Of a stretch of 64,000 nucleotides of DNA, positions 13,901 to 26,903 are shown in pieces. Numbering within the stretch: the first letter of the stretch is position 1; the number at the start of each line of letters is the position of its first letter. The notes under the pieces are model-generated. The model was not told where the DNA came from, did not search any database, and saw only the letters and a list, made by a program, of their open reading frames with translations. This DNA is from Eledone cirrhosa (Eukaryota), in the NCBI GenBank assembly GCA_964016885.1, contig OZ024747.1, positions 69,936,001 through 70,000,000 on the forward strand, given 5' to 3'. A program made the position numbers and the translations under genes.

Positions 13901-15010
13901 TTTGGTAAAAGTTTATTTCACTTGTGCTATTGGGTTTTTCCAAAGTTCACTCTGGGCCTTTTCGTATCTAGATTTGCTTCCATAATTTGAATTTCTTTCA
14001 CCAATTCTGCTCTTACCCTCTCTTTCTTTCGCTTTGTACACACACACACACACATATATATAACAAAGAAGGTGTGGTAAGATACCAGGTGGACCATAAC
14101 GCACCAGAGTACTCAATACTTAAGGCAGTAGAGTGGGTAATATGAAAAGAGTTAGGACCCCAACGGCTGAGCTCCAGCCTACATATATATTCAGATTACA
14201 AAGCTACTTGGAGAGAATTTGTACATCCCTAGGCATTATGTACAAATATCAATGATATTTGTACATAAGGAATACATACTTATAACTCAGCAGTTCATGC
14301 GCAATGGTGATTGTTACATATCAAATAAATCCAAACTACTGATAGTTTCTGTACAACAATGACTTCATAACTGCAACTGTTATTCACTGTAATTATGTAA
14401 ATTCTGAAGATATTACACAATTGGATACTTTAGCATACATGTCTTCAGCAGGTGATTGCCCACTCAGACAGAAAAGTTTATCTAAACAACCCATCGAAGT
14501 CAAGTCTCTGCCATTAACTAAGTGTAACAGTTTCAGGCTTTTAGTGACAAATGGCCTCCCAAAGAAGATGTTGGTCAAAACTGATTGTTTTGATCAACAT
14601 CTTCTTTGGGAAATGTGAGGAAATGTGATGGCAGAAAACTCAAAAATGTTCAATCCAGGTTGATACAGTAAATAACAAGGACAATGTTGCAATATATATA
14701 TAAAAGTAAGAAATATGTTCAATTTACATTCCAATGCAAATCTGCCAGCTGGGAGAGAAAATATATATATGATGATGATGATGATGTCTCTTTTTCGTTT
14801 CTGAGCATATTTTTCCTTCTTTTCAATTTTCTCATGCAAGACAATGCCTCTGAGGGTCGCCAAGGCTTATTGCTGCAAATAAACATTGTCAACACAGATC
14901 ACAGCACAGCTGATGGTTAGTGGAGGTCTTGGTTGGAGTTAGTGAATTATATATATTAGTATATAGTGACGAAACATAAGTCAATTGCATGAACTCATAA
15001 TCCTTTATTT

Positions 15011-15066
15011 ACTGCTATATATATTTCGATGATAGCCATTGAATGGCTATGACCTCATCAGGCAGT
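15011..15066 (-). ncRNA. Type I hammerhead ribozyme in a ~170-bp element (14963-15133); second copy 31678-31736
   Basis: ACTGC CTGATGA GGTCATAGCCA-TTCAA-TGGCTATCATC GAAA TATATA TA GCAGT; near-identical element at 31631-31800. Confidence 0.85.
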
Positions 15067-15135
15067 TAGTCAGTTCTTAGATATGCCAGCTCTGTGTGTA
15101 TAGTGTTGATGGTATCAGAGCCTTGGGACATATTA

Positions 15136-15200
<65 letters not shown>

Positions 15201-16093
15201 AGGTGCCATATAAGCCTTCAATAATACATAACAGCAACATCCAGGCACATATGGATACACCTGATGCTGATAATGTGTTTGTCATAATCTATGGTGCCAC
15301 CAAGTCATCTATTTGTTGCCACATTCATATTAAACTGGTGTCGCTGCATTACCATATGATCTGAAGCAACCAATAATATTTCACAAAAATTGTATTCTCC
15401 ATCTTGTTTTCTTTACTTATCTCAAAGCATTGGAGAGAGAAAGAGGGGTAATAGAGAGGGGTGGGGGAGATAGATAGAGGAAAGAGAGAAAGAGAGAGAG
15501 TGAGAGGGAGAGAGAGAGATGGCATACACACACTCACATGCATAATTATAGCAGATCATAACTGATTTTCTTAGTTATAATGTTTTATATCTTATCTACT
15601 TATCTATTTTACCAAACCAGCATAGGTCAGATAATAGCTGAACAGTTCATCTCTGTCTCACTAAATTTATTTCTCTTAAGCATCATGAACAGCTAGAAAT
15701 GGAAATCAAAGAAATATTAAATTTAATTCAAATGGTTAAGTGAAATACTAGTACAATGTTATAAAGGAATTGAGGAAATTGTTTTATAATGCTACACAGG
15801 AAGATATCCAAGGTACTTACAGTAGTGGTTCTAGGATTTTTGGGGTGTACACTATGGCTATAACACTCATTCTACTTGTTTATCTTTACAAACTTATTTC
15901 TCTTAGATTTCTGAATATTGAGAGCTCTTATGTAATCTTTCAGGCATGCAATAAATGATTCATTAGTTCTTCTTCCAATCCAAAGATACACTATTTTATC
16001 TCGTTTTGCTTATTTCACCTGGCAACATCTAGAATAACCAGTTTTATCTTCCTCACCATGTTTTTATTGCTTTTTACTTTTATTATTTTTTAA

Positions 16094-16312
16094 TGGGTGG
16101 TGGATTGGCAGTATTGGTAGAGTGTCAGACACCATGCTTTGCAGCATAGAGTTACGGCCCTTTACGGTCTAAGTTCAAAACTCGGCGAGGTTAGCTTTGC
16201 CTTTCATCCTTACAGGGCCAATACAATATAGTACCAGTAATGCACTGGGGTCGATTTAATCAACTTTCCCCTTCTCCTCAAATTGCTGGCCTTGTGCCTA
16301 AAGTAGAAACAC
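16094..16312 (+). mobile_element. tRNA-derived SINE, family C, near full length
   Basis: A-box-like TGGCAGTATTGG, B-box-like AGTTCAAAAC, conserved central block; plus-strand fragments also at 42765-42835, 42940-43012 and 58018-58110. Confidence 0.7.
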
Positions 16313-16411
16313 TTATTTTGTAAAGTTTCAGAGGACATCAATGTAGTTGTTTGACCTGAAAAAATAGCAGATATATCTTCCCAATTTATGCTCCATTGTT
16401 TTAAACATGTG

Positions 16412-16506
16412 CAGACAATATGTAAATTTATGTGATAAACCTATCAGACAATATGTAAATTTATGTGATAAACCTATCAGACAATATGTAAATTTATGTG
16501 ATAAAT
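16412..16506. repeat. 33-bp tandem repeat, ~2.9 copies
   Basis: CAGACAATATGTAAATTTATGTGATAAACCTAT repeated. Confidence 0.85.
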
Positions 16507-17852
16507 ACACTCTGTCCATTCTGTAAAAATATTAGTTTTAGAAAGGGCATCTACCTGTAGAAACTTGACAAATAAAGACATGGGATAACTCTTCAACTGT
16601 GTCAAAGACACAAAAAAACCAGCACCCCTAAAGTGGGGGATTTACGTAATAGTACACACTGTAAAGTGGCTGGTAATAAAAGGTGTATCCAGCTATAGAA
16701 AACCTGCCAAACAAAGAGTCAAGAGGACTCTTCAGTTGTGTCAAAGACATGACAATTTCCATAGTGGTGGTGTCAGGATAAAATGCACCTGATAGAGTGC
16801 GGGAACATTTTTGTAAACATGATGTGGGCACTGGGCCTCCTTGAACACCCAGTACATTGTGGGAACATGAGTAAGTGAGGTGCCGGCCCAGTCTATCTCA
16901 GAGGTCAGTACCTCTGTTTGAGTACTGACTAGGTCTGTGGTAACTCATCTAACCCTTGCTACGAAGGAAAAGGGATGTTAAATGATGATGATGATAATAA
17001 ACATGACATCCACTACTTGGAAACAACTGGAGGGTTCCAACTGGACTGATTTGGGACCATAGGATCATTCACTCAGAGCTGACATGTGGCTAAGCAACAA
17101 TAAATTCATTACTAATATATATATATAATTTAAAGATAAACATCACATGAGAATCATCAGGAAGATTTTGATATGTTTTTGTCCTGAAACTTCAAGTAAG
17201 ACAGAGTTGAGTCAAATTGTTAAGATTTCAATTTCCACATTATGTGTAGAATGCACATTTACTGTAACTATATACATGTTTACACACACACACACACACA
17301 CCACATACACAGACATGCACACATACACACACATACAGATATATTGCTAGCTAGATAAATGTGTGTGTATATATATATATATATAATATATATAATCATC
17401 ATCATCATCACCATTTAACATCCATCTTTCCACACCAGCATGGGTTAGACGAGTTGTCCTGTTTGAGACAAGGTCAGGAGACTGTGTCTTACTCACACAG
17501 AACTTGTTCTGGCTTGGTTTCTATGGCTGGATGCCTTTCCTAATGTAACATTTACAGTGTGGACTAGATGCTTTTTATTGTGGCACTGACACAACCACTT
17601 TGCACTGTGGGCTGGGAGGTTTTTTTTGTGTTACCAACACATCCACTTTACAGTTTGGACTGGGTTTTTTTGTTGTGTCACCAACATGACCACTGTACAG
17701 AGTTGACTGGGCACATTTTTTGTGCCACCAAAATGACCCCTTTACAGTGTTGACTGGGAGCTGCGGTAGGGGGAGGGTAAGAGGATGTAGGTGAAGAGTG
17801 GAATGTAGGATGTATGTATATAGATATATATATAATATATATAATGTATATA

Positions 17853-18115
17853 ATCATCATCATCATCATTTTACGTCCGCTTTTCCCTGTTTGCAAGGGT
17901 GGGACGGGTCCTATTCAGCACAGCATCTCTCCACTTGTCACGGTCCTTCGTCGTTTCCACCATGAGCTTCAGCAATCTGTGGTCTGCTCTCACCCCCTCC
18001 ACCCATGTTTTTCATGGTCTTCCTCTACTGCGTCTTCCTTCTACTGGCATTTCGTGGCACTTGTTTACCCAGCGGTCATCCTCCTTACGCATCACATGTC
18101 CATACCATCGCAGTC
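17853..18115 (-). mobile_element. RTE LINE 3' end, probable partner of SINE family B
   Basis: GHVMRKEDDRWVNKC..GRRSRGRP*KTWVEGV..DRDKWRDAV, ending CCCGTCCCACCCTTGCAAACAGGGAAAAAGCGGACGTAAAA(TGA)n. Confidence 0.8.
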
Positions 18116-18119
18116 TATA

Positions 18120-18329
18120 ATATATAGACTATAATGTATATAATATATATAATATATAGATTATATATATATATATATACTGTATATATAATATATATAA
18201 TATATATATATACATAATATATATATATTATATATATATATTATATATAAGATATAACAGATATAATATATATATACATAATATATATATATATAATATA
18301 TATATAATATATAAGATATAACATATATT

Positions 18330-18361
<32 letters not shown>

Positions 18362-19040
18362 ATATATATAAGATATAACATATATAACATATATATATAT
18401 AATATATACAGTATATAATGTGTATATATATATAATATATACAGTATATAATGTGTATATATATATAATATATATAATATATATATATATATATATTATA
18501 TATAATATATACAGTATATAATGTGTATATATATATAATATATACAGTATATAATGTGTATATATATATAATATATATAATATATATATATATATATATT
18601 ATATATAATATATACAGTATATAATGTGTATATATATATAATATATATAATATATATATATATATATATTATATATAATATATAAATAATATATAATATA
18701 TATAATATATAATATATATAATATATAAATAATATATAATATATATAATATATAATATATAATATATATATATAATATATATATATATATTATATAATAT
18801 ATATATAATATATAAATAATATATATATATAATATATATATAATATATATAATATATATATATAATATATATAATATATATATAATATATATACAATATA
18901 TATAATATATATATATATAAAATATATATATAATATATATATATATAAACAATATATATATATAATATATATATAGTATATATATATACAATATATATAT
19001 ATATATATAAAATATATATATAATATATATATATATATAA
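18120..19040. repeat. Complex (TA)n/(TATAA)n microsatellite, one of dozens in the window
   Basis: Seen directly; source of spurious YIYI ORFs. Confidence 0.95.
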
Positions 19041-19797
19041 ATAAATGATATAGATATCCCAGTAGGTACTAGGTACCCACGGAAATATATATGGTGTCTA
19101 TAATAGTGGTTGTTCTATGGGCAGAGGGTGATATATCTACATCTATACGGACTTATGTCTAGTAGATTTGGAAAAGCTATCTGAAGAGCTATATCTTTCC
19201 ATTGGAAATTCTCTGAATTTCCAATCTTTTGATAAGCGAAACCGTCGGTCATGGCACTAGAAGAGGTAAATATTTAAATCGTATTTTAATTTATTTAAAA
19301 GATTGTTTAATGTTTACTTGTCCCTCTCATATTTACAGTTCTGGTATCTCAAATCAGTACCATAGAACAACCACTATTATAGACACCATATATATTTCCG
19401 TGGGTACCTAGTACCTACTGGGATATCTGTATCATTTATCTAATTCTCCTTAATGTAGAGAAAAAAATATGCTGCATCATGCTGCTATTTCTAGCAGCAT
19501 GAAATATCAGCGAGTCTATAATTCCCGCTTTTTCTAACGGTCCAATAAGTGTGTGGGTCATTTTAACGGCTTGATTCATTCACTGGCCAGAGGGTGATAT
19601 AGCTAAATCTATACGGACTTATGTCTAGTAGATTTGGAAAAGCTATCTGAAGAGCTATATCTTTCCATTGAAAATTCTCTGAATTTCCAATCTTTTGATA
19701 AGCGAAACCGTCGGTCATGGCACTAGAAGAGGTAAATATTTAAATGGTATTTTAATTTATTTAAATGATTGTTTAATGTTTACTTGTTCCGCTCATA
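19041..19797 (+). mobile_element. Retrozyme-like element, 466-nt period, 2 HHRs (19176-19255, 19642-19721), inverted 5' piece
   Basis: GCTAT CTGAAGA GCTATATC..GATAAGC GAAA CCGTCGG TC ATGGC; 19041-19119 is an inverted copy of about 19360-19439. Confidence 0.82.
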
Positions 19798-19829
<32 letters not shown>

Positions 19830-19832
19830 ATA

Positions 19833-20905
19833 TATTTAGAAACACACAGATACATGCGGACACACACATATACATGAATGCATCCGCACCCAACCGTGAG
19901 TTACGGGTGCCAACTTCACCGATGTTGCTCAATGAATGACTGGGACAGACCAATCCGGTTGAACTAGACTGAACCAGTATCAGAGTTAAAAATACATTAT
20001 GAAGAGAGAAGAAACATTTAGATATAATTAGTAATAAAATGTATCACACCTAAACTGCTCCTAGATTCCTCGACTACGTAGTTTCGTGGCATAAACAAAA
20101 ACAATACATCATAAAGATATAGAGTCCTTGCGAGGTCTGCCGACTTATCAAGAGGATACCTCATTTTACTAGTCTCAAGAACGCGTCTACACGACGTGAG
20201 AAAGAATCCCAAAAGGCGGAGGGGGAGATAGTCACGCGATATAACGGTCGAGAAACAGAGCTAAGCCTCTTATAACCCCGAAGAAAATACCACGGAGGCG
20301 GAGGGGGTATTTATATCGAAGCCGTAGAAGAGGTGGTGAAGGAGCAACCGGATTGGTCTGTCCCAGTCATTCATTGAGCAACATCGGGGAAGTTGGCACC
20401 CTTAACTCACGGTTGGGTGCGGATGCATTCATGTATATGTGTGTGTCCGCATGTATCTGTGTGTTTCTAAATATATTGTTAATAACTCCCTCTGGTCGAG
20501 CAATCTTTGAAGTGTGGGGACTGCTGGAAAGCTTCCATTACTCATACTTCTTGCCCCCTTCACCACCTCTTCTACGGCTTCGATATAAATACCCCCTCCG
20601 CCTCCGTGGTATTTTCTTCGGGGTTATAAGAGGCTTAGCTCTGTTTCTCGACCGTTATATCGCGTGACTATCTCCCCCCCCCCCCCCCGCCTTTTGGGAT
20701 TCTTTCTCACGTCGTGTAGACGCGTTCTTGAGACTAGTAAAATGAGATATCCTGTTGATAAGTCGGCAGACCTCGCAAGGACTCTATATCTTTATGATGT
20801 ATTGTTTTTGTTTATGCCACGAAACTACGTAGTCGTGGAATCTAGGAGCAGTTTAGGTATGATACATTTTATTACTAATTATATCTAAATGTTTCTTCTC
20901 TCTTC

Positions 20906-20910
<5 letters not shown>
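19833..20910. mobile_element. Diverged dispersed copy of the 591-nt retrozyme-like family, head-to-head inversion near 20345
   Basis: Strong similarity to the 35364-42210 unit; minus HHR 20067-20156 intact, plus HHR about 20750-20839 with stem I mutations. Confidence 0.85.
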
Positions 20911-20958
<48 letters not shown>

Positions 20959-21419
20959 AATTAGCATATCTACCAACATATATATATATATATATACAGA
21001 TGCATACCTATGCGAGCAAATATATAGGTTTGTCTTAGTAACTGCTACTCAAAACTGCTACTATAGTTCATAGTAATAGCTCGGCCACTGTCTTTTTAAC
21101 ACCCCACTCCTCACTGATCAACCTCGATGTCACGTGATTGATTCTTTTGAATTTGCCACCGACCAAGTAGGCAGTGATTTTTTCAATGTCTTGGAATTTA
21201 GTCGACGCTTGCTTTTTTCCATCCACTGAATTATTTTTGTATAAGTTCCCTGTGTCCACGCATCGCCTGGTAACTTAGCTGAGAATGAACTTCCTGATGA
21301 CGAAAGGTTTTCTCCGTGCTTTCCATTCGGAAACCATGTTTATTCCCTTTCAGAAACTAATTAGTTGGAGTGAAATTTTAGTAAGTAAGTTAATTTTTAT
21401 AATTTTCTTATTTTACGTC

Positions 21420-21508
<89 letters not shown>

Positions 21509-21761
21509 ATATATATATAAATGTATATATGTATATATTAGAAAGTGAGGGTTTTTTACAAAATGAAAAATAACCGAGGTGTCCTACACGAGTGACAGTA
21601 TAAGGAAAAAAGATGAAATCGAAAATGCAACTGGAGTCTTATTTTAGAAAAAATATATATACACAGACCCTCCATCTCAACTTTACTTTTGAAAAGCAGA
21701 ACTACGAAACCGGTAGAGGAACCAAATAAATATATTTTCGATTTCATCTTTTTTCCTTATG

Positions 21762-21811
<50 letters not shown>

Positions 21812-22004
21812 TATATATATATAATATATATATATATATTTTATATATTTTATATATATATATATAAAATATATAAGTAAACTTCTTGTTGAGTCACATA
21901 GCACCGTACGCTTAAACTGTCCATGATAAGTAGTTTTCACAGACACTTATCGGATTACCTTTAACGATTTATTGTTATCCTACACACACACACACACACA
22001 CACA

Positions 22005-22211
<207 letters not shown>

Positions 22212-22871
22212 ATATTTGGGGAGGGTCATATTTGCGTAATATTGCCAGAATTAATAACAGAACACACTCACTGTTTGGTTGGTTTTCGCTTCTCGCTGTC
22301 TTTTATATATATATATCTGCGATCTAACTTACTCGGTCCTCAATGTTGCCATTGACTGACCGGCGGTCAAAAATAATACAGATACAATATAGACAAACAC
22401 ATATATATATAGTTTACATAAATCTTTCGTTGCACATCTGCAACATCGTCAGTGGTGTTATATTCATTGCTCCTCCTGTTGTGTTGTATGTCTACGCCAT
22501 TTTTTTTTGTTCAGTCTGTCTATATATTTATTTATTTATTTGCTTGTTTGTTTATCTTATTTTATTTTGTCTTCTTTGCGCATGCGTTTGCGTGTGTGTA
22601 TAGTGTTATGTGTGATGTGTGACTAGTGTGTATAGTGTTGTGTCTGCTGGGTGACTAGTGTGTGTTTATGTGCTTGTGTATGTATTTATTTATCTTATTT
22701 TATTTTAATTTAATTTACTTATTTATTTATACTTCTCTTAGGTCAGTGTTGTTTGTTTGGGTGTTGTTGTTGTTCCACTCATTCTTTCTGTTTAGCTTTG
22801 GTCTTCTAATTTCTATTTCACTGGCCTCTCTGATTTGCCTATCTGCTGGGTCATTCCTATGTTTAGATAAT

Positions 22872-24701
22872 ATAGCTAGCAACTACAGGATCTCCTACTT
22901 CCTCTCAATGGTTATGCGCCCCATAATCAAGATGTCCCCAGATGTATGTGAAAGTACAGAGGACCTCCTCAGCAGAATCAGTGAGTGCAACAAAAACAGG
23001 AGCCTATCCAACTGCATAATAGGCAGCATGGATGTGGTGTCACTGTACCCATCCATTAACATTGATTTTGCTGTGAAAAGATGTGTGGAGATGATCATTG
23101 AGAGTGAGGTGGAGTTCTGCGACGTCGACACAGACGAACTGGGCCTCCTACTTAGACTTACCTACGACACTGACTACCTAGACAGCCATGACCTTAGATG
23201 TTTCTGCCCTAGTAGACCTATAAGAGGTAGACCCCCCACCATAACCTCAATGGCTAAAAAGACTCCCATAGGAAGGTGGATTGGGTGGACCAAAGCTATA
23301 CGGACCCCCCAAAACACTGATCAGGTAAGAAAAATGGTCGCACATGCAATAGGGGCTAGTATCAAAACTACCCTAAAGGGCCACATATTTAAGTTCAATG
23401 AGAAAATCTACACCCAAAATGAGGGAGCAGCCATCGGCGTCAGCATAGCTGGCGATGTTGCCAACCTTTTCATGGTATGGTGGGAAAGGAGACTTAAAGA
23501 TCTCCTTAATGAAAGCTCCATAGACCTCATCATGTACTCTCGTTATGTAGACGATATCAATATAGTTATAAGAACACCCCCACTAGAGAGCACTAACAAG
23601 TTTGATTTAGAACGTAGCACGATGGAAAGCATCCAGCAGATAGCTAATTCCATACACCAGAGTATAACTGTAACTATAGACTTCCCTTCCAAACACCCTA
23701 ACAATAGACTACCTGTATTAGACACAGAACTCTGGATTAACACTATAGACGAGAGAGCCCAAATTCTCCACTCACACTATGCTAAACCCATGGCCTCCAA
23801 ATACCTGATACTCAAAAACTCAGCAATGTCCAGTAGTGCTAAGTTTAATATTCTGATCGCAGATTTGGTACGAGTGATGAAGAATGTGTCCAGCATGTGC
23901 GACCCAACAGAAATGGAAGGACACATCCAACACTTCATCAACCGCATGCAGTTCTCTGGCTACAACCAAAGAGACAGAGTCAGAGTATACGAAGGAGCCA
24001 TGGAAAAGTATAAGACCCTCATAGAACTGGACATGAAAGGAATTTGCCCACTATACAGGAGCAAATCATGGAATAGCTTAGATAGGGCTAGACATAAGAT
24101 AGGGAAGGCCACATCATGGTACGACAACCAGAGATATCAGAGTGTCATGTTTGTGGACGCCACCCCTGGAGGGAAATTAGCTAACCAGTGTAGAAAGGCC
24201 CTGAGAAAGACCCACTTAAAAATAAAGGTGGTAGAAAAGCCAGGAACCACCATAAAATCCCTGATCAGCAAAACCTACCCTTTTAAGAAAACCCACTGTA
24301 CCAATAGGAAATGTATCATATGTAAGGTGAACCCCCGGATAAACTGTAAAACTAGAAACGTAGTCTATAGCATAAGATGTACAGAGGGTACTTGCAGAAA
24401 CACGACAACAACATACATAGGTGAGACAGCTCGTAGCATAGGTGAAAGGATAGACCAACACTGGGGGGAACTAAAAGGACGAAAAAACGGGTCAGTACTA
24501 TACGAACATGCTAGACAACATCATGACGGTAACATAGACAACATAGAAATTAGAATAATATCTAAACATAGGAATGACCCAGCAGATAGGCAAATCAGAG
24601 AGGCCAGTGAAATAGAAATTAGAAGACCAAAGCTAAACAGAAAGAATGAGTGGAACAACAACAACACCCAAACAAACAACACTGACCTAAGAGAAGTATA
24701 A
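22872..24701 (+). CDS. PLE reverse transcriptase plus C-terminal GIY-YIG endonuclease (N-terminally truncated, uninterrupted frame)
   Basis: RT motifs GSMDVVSLYPSI, QNEGAAIG, YSRYVDD, LPVLD, HYAKP; Cys linker CTNRKCIIC; GIY-YIG NVVYSIRC..YIGETARSIGERIDQH..HARQHH..REASEI..LN. Confidence 0.92.
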   Translation: MASNYRISYFLSMVMRPIIKMSPDVCESTEDLLSRISECNKNRSLSNCIIGSMDVVSLYPSINIDFAVKRCVEMIIESEVEFCDVDTDELGLLLRLTYDTDYLDSHDLRCFCPSRPIRGRPPTITSMAKKTPIGRWIGWTKAIRTPQNTDQVRKMVAHAIGASIKTTLKGHIFKFNEKIYTQNEGAAIGVSIAGDVANLFMVWWERRLKDLLNESSIDLIMYSRYVDDINIVIRTPPLESTNKFDLERSTMESIQQIANSIHQSITVTIDFPSKHPNNRLPVLDTELWINTIDERAQILHSHYAKPMASKYLILKNSAMSSSAKFNILIADLVRVMKNVSSMCDPTEMEGHIQHFINRMQFSGYNQRDRVRVYEGAMEKYKTLIELDMKGICPLYRSKSWNSLDRARHKIGKATSWYDNQRYQSVMFVDATPGGKLANQCRKALRKTHLKIKVVEKPGTTIKSLISKTYPFKKTHCTNRKCIICKVNPRINCKTRNVVYSIRCTEGTCRNTTTTYIGETARSIGERIDQHWGELKGRKNGSVLYEHARQHHDGNIDNIEIRIISKHRNDPADRQIREASEIEIRRPKLNRKNEWNNNNTQTNNTDLREV

Positions 24702-24968
24702 ATAAATAAGTAAATTAAATTAAAATAAAATAAGATAAATAAATACATACACAAGCACATAAACACACACTAGTCACCCAGCAGACACAACACTATACAC
24801 ACTAGTCACACATCACACATAACACTATACACACACGCAAACGCATGCGCAAAGAAGACAAAATAAAATAAGATAAACAAACAAGCAAATAAATAAATAA
24901 ATATATAGACAGACTGAACAAAAAAAAATGGCGTAGACATACAACACAACAGGAGGAGCAATGAATAT

Positions 24969-25012
24969 AACACCACTGACGATGTTGCAGATGTGCAACG
25001 AAAGATTTATGT
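24969..25012 (+). ncRNA. Minimal HHR-like motif in the PLE 3' UTR/pseudo-LTR
   Basis: CTGACGA T GTTGCA-GATG-TGCAAC GAAA GATT TA TG; weak stems I/III. Relatives at 45353-45380 (+) and 26020-26062 (-) show compensatory stem II GTCACA/TGTGAC. Confidence 0.6.
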
Positions 25013-25264
25013 AAACTATATATATATGTGTTTGTCTATATTGTATCTGTATTATTTTTGACCGCCGGTCAGTCAATGGCAACATTGAGGACCGAGTAAG
25101 TTAGATCGCAGATATATATATATAAAAGACAGCGAGAAGCGAAAACCAACCAAACAGTGAGTGTGTTCTGTTATTAATTCTGGCAATATTACGCAAATAT
25201 GACCCTCCCCAAATATAACAATATCTGTTTCGACACACGATTTCATATAAAAAACCTCGCAAAA

Positions 25265-25302
<38 letters not shown>

Positions 25303-25350
25303 ATATATATATAATATATATATAATATATAAATATATATAATATATATA

Positions 25351-25412
<62 letters not shown>

Positions 25413-25495
25413 ATATATATATATATATAATATATATAATATATATATAATATATATATATATTATATATATATATAATATATATATATATAATA

Positions 25496-25532
<37 letters not shown>

Positions 25533-25538
<6 letters not shown>

Positions 25539-25727
25539 AACGAGCTTCTACAGGACTAGTACTGTTTCATTCAGATGAAATCTTCAGGAGCTTCCTGAAG
25601 ATTTCATCTGAATGAAACAATACTAGTCCTGTAGAAGCTCCTTCTATAAAATAAAAAAATTTTACTCTGCCATGTATTGAGTACCTTACTTACTGTGGTT
25701 ATCCCCGACTCAACCCGGGATCTACGT
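25533..25727. mobile_element. Palindromic pair of HHRs (plus HHR 25588-25640); family relative at 53502-53658
   Basis: GAGCTTC CTGAAGA TTTC-ATCT-GAAT GAAA CAA-TACTAGTC-CTG TA GAAGCTC; the mirrored copy has an intact CAG/CTG stem III. Confidence 0.78.
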
Positions 25728-25743
25728 ATATATATATATATTT

Positions 25744-25793
<50 letters not shown>

Positions 25794-25863
25794 GATATAT
25801 ATATATATATAATATATGGTATATATATATATATATATATAATATATAATATATATATATATA

Positions 25864-26405
25864 TATTGTTATACTTTGGGAGGGTCATGTTGCCAACAAG
25901 AAACACATGCACCAGTTGCTTTCACTCCAATTTATTATAAATTAAATTTATAACTTTAAGAAATTTGTAAATTTTCGGCTGGTTGGTTGGTTCCACAACC
26001 GGACGGTTGTTCATATATTGTCAAAGTTCTTTCGTCACACATTCTGTGACCTCTTCACTGACTGGGGATTCTTTTCTTTGTTCTGTCCTATGCCATCTTG
26101 TTTTTGTGTATGTTGTGTGCTAAGTTTGTGCATGTGTTACATCCGGGTGTCTGTGTGTGTTTTTATTTGTTTATATATTTGTTTATTTAAATGTTACTAG
26201 TTGGTTGTTTGTTCTATGTGTGTGTGTTTTCATTTTGTCCTTAATTGTAAGTTGTGATTTTGCTATTCCATTCATGTTTTCCATTTAATTTAGAATAAAT
26301 TGGAGTGAAAGGAACTGGTGCGTATGTTTCTTATTGGCAACATGACCCTGCCAAAGTATAACAATATCGGTTTCAACACACGTTTTCAGATAAAGAATCT
26401 TGCTA
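25864..26405. mobile_element. Non-coding relative of the PLE 3' end with inversion
   Basis: Shares ATGACCCTCCC..TATAACAATATC..TTTCRACACACG terminus with 25198-25262; inverted arms about 25864-25940 and 26290-26365. Other relatives at 44040-44166 and 45300-45627. Confidence 0.7.
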
Positions 26406-26479
26406 AAGAAATTCAGAAACGATATATATATACATAATATAAGGAAATGTTTCTTTGTTTTTATCCATTATTTTTATTA

Positions 26480-26622
<143 letters not shown>

Positions 26623-26763
26623 TAATAAAAATAATGGATAAAAACAAAGAAACATTTCCTTATATTAAAAAATTCATCATTTTACGATCGTTTCTAGGAT
26701 ATATATGTATGTGTTGGTATGTATATCATATAGATCTAATGATATTTTTTCAATAAACAAATA

Positions 26764-26903
26764 TCATTATTTCTGAAGACAGCATATATATGTGTAGGTA
26801 TGTATATTCCCTCTGATAGTTTGTAAACATTTTACATAGATCTATATGATATACATACCAACACACACATATATATATCCTAGAAACGATCGTAAAATGA
26901 TGA
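26764..26903 (+). ncRNA. Type I HHR with ~100-nt extended stem II, inside an inverted-repeat element (about 26620-27083)
   Basis: TCATTATTT CTGAAGA [long hairpin] GAAA CGATCG TA AAATGATGA. Confidence 0.7.

Noticed and set aside
22662-22871. Hydrophobic N-terminal 70 aa of the 679-aa ORF (apparent membrane anchor)
   Set aside because: It is the antisense of the element's own 3' end (identical to ORF 24521-24766 minus), fused in frame by the inversion.
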